From Octopus sinensis (taxonomy: Eukaryota): a DNA stretch of 64,000 nucleotides. The notes beneath the pieces are model-generated. The model was not told where the DNA came from. It saw nothing but the letters and a program-made list of their open reading frames with translations, and did no database searches. Every line of letters starts with the position of its first letter. Positions within the stretch are counted from its first letter, which is position 1. A program made the translations under genes and the position numbers. Below, in pieces: positions 55,700-64,000 of this stretch. Where the stretch lies: assembly GCF_006345805.1 (NCBI RefSeq), contig NC_043004.1, positions 67,828,001-67,892,000 of the forward strand. The letters are read 5' to 3'.

Positions 55700-58600
55700 G
55701 AGTACAGCAACTGATGTTACAACCTAGAACCTCTTAACCAAAGCGGAGTTTACATTTTCGCCTGACCATGTAACAAAATCCTTAAGCGAATTCAAATATG
55801 CCCCACGAAAAGTAGTAACCTTCGAGAATTATTTTCGAACATTTGAACAAATTTTTGAAAAAGTGTGACAGGATTGGATGGACAAAGTAAAAAGGCGTCT
55901 ATTTTTAAGAAAACTAACAACAGCAGAGCTTGAGAAATATAGTGACTCCATATTGCCAAAAAACGCACCTCACATATATTTGACCGATGCAATTGACATT
56001 TTGTGCAAAGTGTTTAGTGAAAAGAGCTCACTCTTTAATGGTAATGTTTAATGGTAATGTTTAAACAAAGAAAAGAGCGAATATGAAGACTTCACTGCTT
56101 ACACAGGCAGTGTCAAAACAGAATGTGAGAGATTTAGGTTGGATATGGTTATTCCAGATTCTTTGAAGTGTTTGAGTTTGTAGAAGGATTGACAGATAAA
56201 AGTGACTGAGAAATCCGCGACGAGAATTCTAGCAAAACTGGAAATGAATCAGGGTTTGACATTGCAGAAACTGTCACAAGAGTGTGAATTGATAATAAGG
56301 CATGACTCGGAAGAAATTCAACGGAAAGAGTGTTTTCAAATAAGACCAATATAAAAAAAAGTCGGAAAACAAATAGTGTTACAGAAAAACAGAAAAAATT
56401 ATCGGGATGTAGACCCGTGTATGGCATGTAGAGGGATGCACCTAAAAAAACATTGTCCGCATAAAAAGCAACATTTTTTGGCTACGGATTTACAGTAAAT
56501 ATAAAATCGCACTGCAAAACAAGATTGATAGGAAAATGGAGCAAAGAAAAAACTAAATAGTTTGTCAGCAGGAAAAGTTGTGACTGCAACATACAGAAAA
56601 ATTCGTGAACCTGAGAATTGAGACTGCTAGTGTCAGAATGCAATGAGACATGGGAAGTGATATCACAATCATAATTGAGAAAACAATGGAACAAATGAGT
56701 AAACCAAAATTATGTAGTTCAATCAAAATAGCGTCCGGTGTTACGGGAAGAAAATTATATTTCACAAGCGAACGCGTTTGTAATATAATGTTCAAATGTC
56801 GAACCAGAAAAGTGAATATTTATGTGTTGAAAAAATCCATTAATTTATTTGGCACCGAATTTATGGAGAAATTTAATTAACGGGATACACCCATAAGCGT
56901 TTTCTGCAATAACATAAACAGAGCAGTCAGACGAACGAACGAGGCCTGATAAACGCAGACAAAAAAATGAAAGAAACATTCCCAAAAGACTTTTCAAAAG
57001 GTTTAGATTGTTGCACAAAAACAGAAGTAAAGATTGCTATCAAAGCAAATTCAACACCTATTTTCAGGCCCAAAGGGAATGTGCCGTTTGTGGCGGTAGA
57101 CCGGATCAATAAAGAACTAGAAAGGTTGGAATGCCTGCATATAACTGAAAAGATTGACCATACATAGAGGGCAGCACCGGCAGTCTACGTAAAATTTTAA
57201 AATTATATGCTATGAGTGTGCACAGACTTCTCAACCGGATTAAACGACAGTTTACTCACACACAATTACCAACTACCAAGCTCGAAAGAATTATTTACTT
57301 AAATTTATATTACTTAAAGAATTAAGTAAAGGGAACGAAATTTTCTCGAAGTTAGACCTCTCAGAATCGTACATTCAAATTCAGTCAGAGGCAGATTGCA
57401 CATATCTACTAATAATCAATACGGACCGCGCATTGTACAATTTTAAACGACTGCCGTCTGGAGTAAAAGTGGTACCTTCCATATTCCAAAAAGTAATGGA
57501 TGCTATGTTAAATGATTCTGGCTTCGCCATAGAGTACCTCGATGGCGTTTTAGTAAAGAGTGAGTTTCAGGAGCGACTCGTCGAATACTTAAATAACGTA
57601 ATCGAGAGAATTAGTAACTACGAGCTAAAAATGAAGAAGAAAAATGCGAATTTTTGATGGAAGTAATGAAATACGTAGGTGAAGAAATCGAAGAAAGTGG
57701 GCGCAAACTGAACCCATCAAGGGTGACGGGAATACGAAATATACCGACCACGACGAACGTGACGATGTTACAAGCATTTCTAGGCTTGGAGAATTATTAC
57801 CAAGTGTATATACTCAAATATACATAAGATAAATGAGCCACTTAATGAATTGTTTAAAAAAAATGGCAAATAGGTTTGGACAGAGAAGTGCCAGAAAGCA
57901 TTCAAAGAGTTAAAAGATGTGTTAACTTCAGATTTGTATCTTACGCATACCTACTCAAAGTTAGAGATAATACTAGCTACAGATGCGAGCAAGTACGCAA
58001 GGATAACGATGGCAGGAGAAGGGCCATAGCTCGCATATCAAGGACATTATTGCCGGCGGAAAAGTTCTATAACCAAAATAAAAAAAGAGGGGTTGGCTAT
58101 TATATCTGGCGTGAAAAAGTTCCACAGGTTCATTCAGTGCAGAAGTTTTAGGTTGCAAGCGGGGCATAGGCCGCTAATGACGATATACTTACCCAAGAAG
58201 TTAATCCCGACACACACGGTAAACAGATTTCAGCTGTGCGATATGATTCTATCAAACTACGTTTATAAAATGGAATTTCTGCCTTCAAAAGCGTTGAGGC
58301 ATGCCGATTGCATGTCTAGGTTAATTCCGAGAAATAACGAACCGATGGAGGACACCGTAATAGCAGCCCTAAGAGCGGAAGCGGAAAGAAAAAAAAAGTC
58401 ACGTGGAACATCGTGCATGAACTACCAGTAAATTTGGAAGAGATAAAAAGAAATGCGAGAAATGACAAATTTATTATTGAGACAAAAAGAGAACTGTGGT
58501 CGACAAAAGGAAATAAAGGAAAGTCTGAAGCAAAGAACCTCCAAGATTTGAGCATGAACTCTATATGTGATTGTGTATTGATGTGGGACACTCAGGCATC

Positions 58601-59600
58601 TCTAGAATGAAAGCTCTGATGCGAAGTTTTATAAAGTAGCAAAGCACGATCAAGGAAGTTGAAAGCCTGGTAAAATTCTGCAAAGGAATTGCGCTGGCAG
58701 TGAATCTACCTTCTACAAAACGTGAACTTTGGACGGAAGTGAGAATACCATGGTCCTGAATGCATATCGATTTTTCAGGCCTGGTTAATGGATATTTTTA
58801 TTTCTTTATTGCCCACAAGGGGCTAAACATAGAGGGGACAAACAAGGACAGACAAACGGATTAAATCGATTAGATCGACCCCAGTGCATAAGTGGCACTT
58901 AAGTTATCGACCCTGAATGGATGGAAGGCAAATTCGACCTGGGCGGAGTGTGAACTCAGAAAGTAAAGACAGGCGAAATACCTATTTCTTAACTACCCAC
59001 AAGGGGCTAAACACAGAGAGGACAAACAAGGACAGACAAACCGATTAAGTCGATTATATCGACCCCAGTGCGTAACTGGTACTTATTTAATCGACCCCGA
59101 AAGGATGAAAGGCAAAGTCGACCTCGGCGGAATTTAAACTCAGAACGTAAAGACAGACGAAATAACGCTAAGCATTTCGCCCAGCGTGCTACCGGTTCTG
59201 CCAGCTTGCCGCCTGGATATTATTACTTAATAGCAGTGGACAGCTACGCAAAATGGCCGGAGATAGTGAGGTGTAACCGACCAAACTCGTATACTGTAAT
59301 AGACTTCTTACAAATGCTGTTCGCAAGATTTGGTATAATTGTTCTGATAACGGAACACAGTTTGTATGCTGTGAGTTTAAAAGATTCTGCGAGATATTCA
59401 CGTCAGAACATAAAACTATAGCACCACCGTATCACCCAACATCGATGGAAAGGCCTAAGGGATCGTGGACGCATTTAAGAGAGATTTAAAGAAAGTAAAG
59501 AAAGCTAATAAGGTAGCCACGGACGAGATCGCAACCCAACCATTCTTAAAAGCATACAGGGTAACTCCGAGCCCACAATGCACGAGAAGGAATTCATAGA
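55700..59600 (+). mobile_element. Ty3/Gypsy LTR retrotransposon internal region (gag-PR-RT-RH-IN), decayed
   Basis: Protease-like MGSDITII; RT PIFRPKGNVPF, FSKLDLSESYIQI, FKRLPSGVKVVPSIFQKVMD, YLDGVLV; RNase H LATDAS, GVKKFHRFI..F.LQAGHRPL; integrase PWS*MHIDFSG, VDSYAKWPEI. LTRs not evident. Confidence 0.9.
58797..59213 (-). mobile_element. SINE family C (tRNA head, Nin/Deu domain) with tandem-duplicated body, inserted in the Gypsy integrase
   Basis: Head ggcggcaagctggcagaa on the minus strand; ~180-bp body present twice; TGGATATT duplication at 58789-58796 and 59214-59221. Confidence 0.85.
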
Positions 59601-60387
59601 TGTAAACCCCTTCGTCATTGAGATGAAACAGAGGATCAGATTGGCAATCAATTCCTGCATATACCATCTTATGCATACCATAACAAGAGGAAGTTGCATC
59701 AAGTTGGAAATAGAGAGATTTCCCGGCAAAACGAATATAAATTTAGTTTTCCGAAATTTTTCCCGAACTTCATACGAAAATTATATGATTTAGTTTATTG
59801 GAGTTAAAACATGCATTAATATATTTTTTCGTTACTAACCATGGAACATTTATCTGTTATGATCTCACGTTCATTGATACATACTCCTCTATCCGTTATA
59901 CAACCACATGTAGATATATATGTACGTATTTCCATATACCCGTATGCAAATTAATGGATACATAGATATGAGTGAGTGTCACGGTATGTGTGTGTGTGTC
60001 TGCATGTGTTTTTATGTGTGTGCGTGTGTGTGTGCATGCGTGTGTGTGTGCATGCGTGTGTGTGTGCATGCGTGTGTGTGTGCATACGTGTGTGTGTGTG
60101 CATGCGTGTGTGTGTGCATGCGTGTGTGTGCATGTTTGCATTGCGCGCATGCGTGCGTATGTATACTAACCTGTTTGTTGCAGATATGCAACTTTCTGTC
60201 TACCATCATTCAATATATGTTGCTTACACAAAAGCACAAACGCACACACATAAACACACATACATACGCACACATAAATGTGAATGTTTGCATTAAGTAC
60301 TAATATGCATATATAAAGGTGTGTGTGCCTCTGTGTGTGTGTGCATACCCAAATTAATTCCCAAACACAGAAACACATACCCATATT

Positions 60388-60446
<59 letters not shown>

Positions 60447-61456
60447 ATGTGTGTGTGTGTGTGTGTGGTGTGTGTGTGTGTGTAATATAGGGGTATATAA
60501 AATGTTTATGCTAATGCTTTGTTAGAAAATGTATATTTTATGTAAAACGAAACTTAACCACTCAACAAGACTTTTAGCATTAGAATACCAATGCTTATCT
60601 CCCCCTAACATTCCTACTCTTTTGAATACATAATGGAAAGGAAAAAAAATGACTGCATTTTGATAAAAATTTATTCTGATTGGTGATGAGTACTTTTTTT
60701 TTCCTTTTTCTGTACATATGTTATTTCCTAAAATCAATCCCCCTTTTTTATCTGCACTTTTTCCCTATTTGTATTTGATGAATCGCAAATTATGGGATAC
60801 GCGATGGAACTTTTTTTATACCGCCACCCCTATACCCATAAAGAAATTCTCTAATGTTTAGTATTGTAGAAAATATATTTGTTGTTCTTTTTTCTTTATC
60901 GTGTGTACATGTGCATTCCATTAATACATAAACGTTTATATAATACCCCGTATATGTGTAAATGCGCAAAATTATCGATCAGTTCTCAGAGTATATGGAT
61001 TTCTAAACCTTTGAGAATTTTTAATGTCTTCATATAATCCTACTGTTTGCCATTCTTCGCAGTTATCTTAAAGCCTCGCGAATTCCAAATATATTCTGCA
61101 AGCAGACAAAGTTAACTTTATTCAAGGCTAGATTAGCATACAAGTGGATTACATAGATTTGCGATGCGAAAACTAGAAGAAACGCATCAATTGTACCAGT
61201 GTGTCACTAACAGCTGCTTTTCAATTGATTTTCTTTTTTGTCAGCAAAGCTTTAGATGCAATAAATTTTGTATATATATATTTTTTATTGTCTGCCTGCA
61301 TTTGTCTGACTAGGTATCTGCGTGCCATGTACGTGTGTGTACGTGTGTGTGTATGTGTGTGTGTGTAAGAACTATAGAGGCATACATGTACATCTATGAA
61401 ATATCCAATAGTGATATTCATTCTTTGCATATGTGTGAGTGTATACTTATGAATGC

Positions 61457-61504
<48 letters not shown>

Positions 61505-61726
61505 TAATATGAACATGTATATACAATCATGTATCTATAACATATATATGTATGCTATATATATGTATATTAATACAAAATGTATATATAATCATGTATG
61601 TATAACATATTTATGTATATGTATATATATATATACACACATATATTAAAATGTTCGGCTATATGCATATATAAACACATATATATATAAAAATATATGT
61701 ATATGCGCGCGTATACACTTATATAG

Positions 61727-61785
<59 letters not shown>

Positions 61786-62781
61786 TCATAAACCATCTAT
61801 ACATTTATACTAGATATATGCATTAATGCCTACATACTTACATACATAAGTATATCCGTAAATGCATAGCTACATAAACACACACATATATATATACATT
61901 GTATAGGTCCATAGTTATATATGTATGTATACATGTTCGTGATTGGCGCAGCGGTCTGTATATGTTAGCATTCATATTTCTTCATGCATCAGGATGAATA
62001 AAAATATTTGCTTAGAATATTGAAAGATTCAAGCTAAAATAATTGAATATCTAAGCAGACTAATCTCCTGTCACCTAAAACAATTTCGCTTTTATTTAAT
62101 ATTTTATTTCGCTTTTCTTTTACCAATATCCTTTCAATTCTTCTGTTAACAGCATTCTTTACTTAGTTGTCAGATTGCAGTACGAAGAAGCCGGAATCAG
62201 TCTATATTTCTCATATCGTGGTGTGGGAGGCAGAATCGATTATGTTTATGAACAAAACTTATAACATCGCTACTCTGCTGTAAATATACGATGTCAATTG
62301 CATTCATTCAAATTTTCACAGTAAAACAGCGCTTATATAATGGAGATGTACGCTTCTCAGATACGCTGAAATATGTTTGAATTTAATATATGAATCTGAA
62401 TGTGTGTTCCCAGACGTAGGCCACATCCATGCACCTACGTAATTGAAATTTAGTATAGGGTGCATTGTCTCCTGTAGACGACCTTTGGTCATGCAACCAA
62501 TTTTTTTTAAATCTCTTCATTTTAACTCTTGACAGAAAATATGAAAAAACTACTGTATACGCCCAAGGACTGCAATTAGTACTGGAAACAGTTGCTGATT
62601 AAGAAAATAATTCACTTAAAGTAATTATGTAAATTAGAACACATTAGAAAGAATAATTCATTTAGAGCAATTATGTAAATTAGCACAGTATTTCGAAAAA
62701 TCAAGTTTTGCCGGAAAATAAAAAAAAAGTTGTGCTCTATATTTGTTGCCACTTTCCCAACTACTGCTGCTGCTGCAACTA

Positions 62782-62821
<40 letters not shown>

Positions 62822-62869
62822 AAACTATTACATGTTAATTTAATTAGTAGGGATGTTATCTTGATGTTC

Positions 62870-63500
62870 TGTGACGACAAGTCTCCTCAAATAACAAAAA
62901 AAACCGCTTTCATAGAAATCTTGTATAACTCAACAGTTTCGACAATACGTATCTCAATTTCAGTATATTGCAGCTTCTTTCGGTGTTGTGGCAAGTGCGC
63001 CAATCACCACACTAAAGTTGTCGCATTTGTGTTCGACAAGACCTCCATCTTACGTACTAGGACTTGATAAGTTTTCTTTGATATTCACTCTTCTGTTATT
63101 GTTTGACAAACTCTAATATATCTTACACTGTTAGGAAACTTATTTTATTCTCCTCTGCAATCATGTAGGGCCTCCTTGTTTCTCTCCCATGGCTTTTTGT
63201 GGAGAAATCCTATAACTATGAATCACCATCACAGTTTATGACGAGTGTTTATACCACTTTTCCGCTCAAGCGAATCGACACACATGACGAATATTCCCAT
63301 GCATGCTTTTACCGACAATTCATTTTAGCACTTGTGATGTACTTCTTTCTTTCTGCTAGCTAACTGCATTCATTTAAAAGATTATTAATATTTTCGTTTC
63401 TTTTTCCACAGATTCTTCGTTTCCTCTCTCACTGAGTTTTATGTGTTTTTTTCATTTCATCGAGTACCTTTTAATGCCTTCCACCTGAGTGTCTATAATT
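62870..63500 (-). mobile_element. Highly decayed R4/Dong-type 3' fragment (CCHC + REL)
   Basis: RICGKRNENINNLLNEC, EKWYKH, NNRRVNIKE, VIGALATTPK. Confidence 0.6.
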
Positions 63501-64000
63501 ATCAAATTAATATTCATTTTCTCGTTTCTGCGTTCTCGACTTACTGAAGTATGCACTTTCAGAAAATATTCTGTTTTTACTACACTTTCGGTCATCAAAA
63601 TACACAGGATGATCATATTCGTGAGTTACGAGTATCATGACTCGGAGGAAGGAGATTTTCATCACATTTACAGAAACGACACCTATTTACTTTTCTTTCT
63701 GCCTTTTCTGATTTTCTTGATACCTGTTATGAATATGCGTAACCGGATGACGTTGTTTTTTCTAAAATAGAACACAATATATTCCAGTTCAAGCTTACAA
63801 TTTCTGAATTGGTGTACTTTTTTGTTTCCTTTTGTATCCAAAGAAGAAAATCATACTCAGAAAATATTATTCTATTCAATAAAGAATGTCAATCTGTTTT
63901 TATTACATATCATATCGTACTTTTTTTACTGAATTTCATCAACATTCTCATCATTATTGTCGTCGTTATTATTATTATTATTATTACTATTATTATTATT

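Overview
Repeat-dominated, AT-rich animal genomic DNA. The tRNA-headed SINE families look like those of Octopus/coleoid cephalopods (recognised from memory, not by database search). No intact protein-coding gene is identifiable, and almost all ORFs in the supplied track are translations of (TA)n/(CA)n/(TAT)n/(GATA)n microsatellites. Recognisable elements, all decayed: a full-length mariner with TIRs (7959-9188), four R4/Dong-type REL non-LTR fragments, a HERO-like REL fragment, two RTE-clade LINEs, a Ty3/Gypsy gag-pol region (55700-59600) split by a SINE with a target-site duplication, a non-autonomous Helitron, about 13 SINE copies, a two-copy ~560-bp (TAA)n-embedded element, minisatellites and local duplications. 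The most notable hidden signal is a set of about nine hammerhead-ribozyme(HHR)-like motifs in short non-coding modules, mostly between (TA)n tracts. One is essentially intact (3360-3410), several sit beside long inverted repeats, three share a downstream GAGTRCCT motif, one is circularly permuted, and one forms the 3' part of a tRNA-headed SINE. This suggests a set of non-autonomous, Penelope-like, ribozyme-bearing elements. A decayed HDV-like ribozyme motif lies at the 5' end of the RTE LINE.
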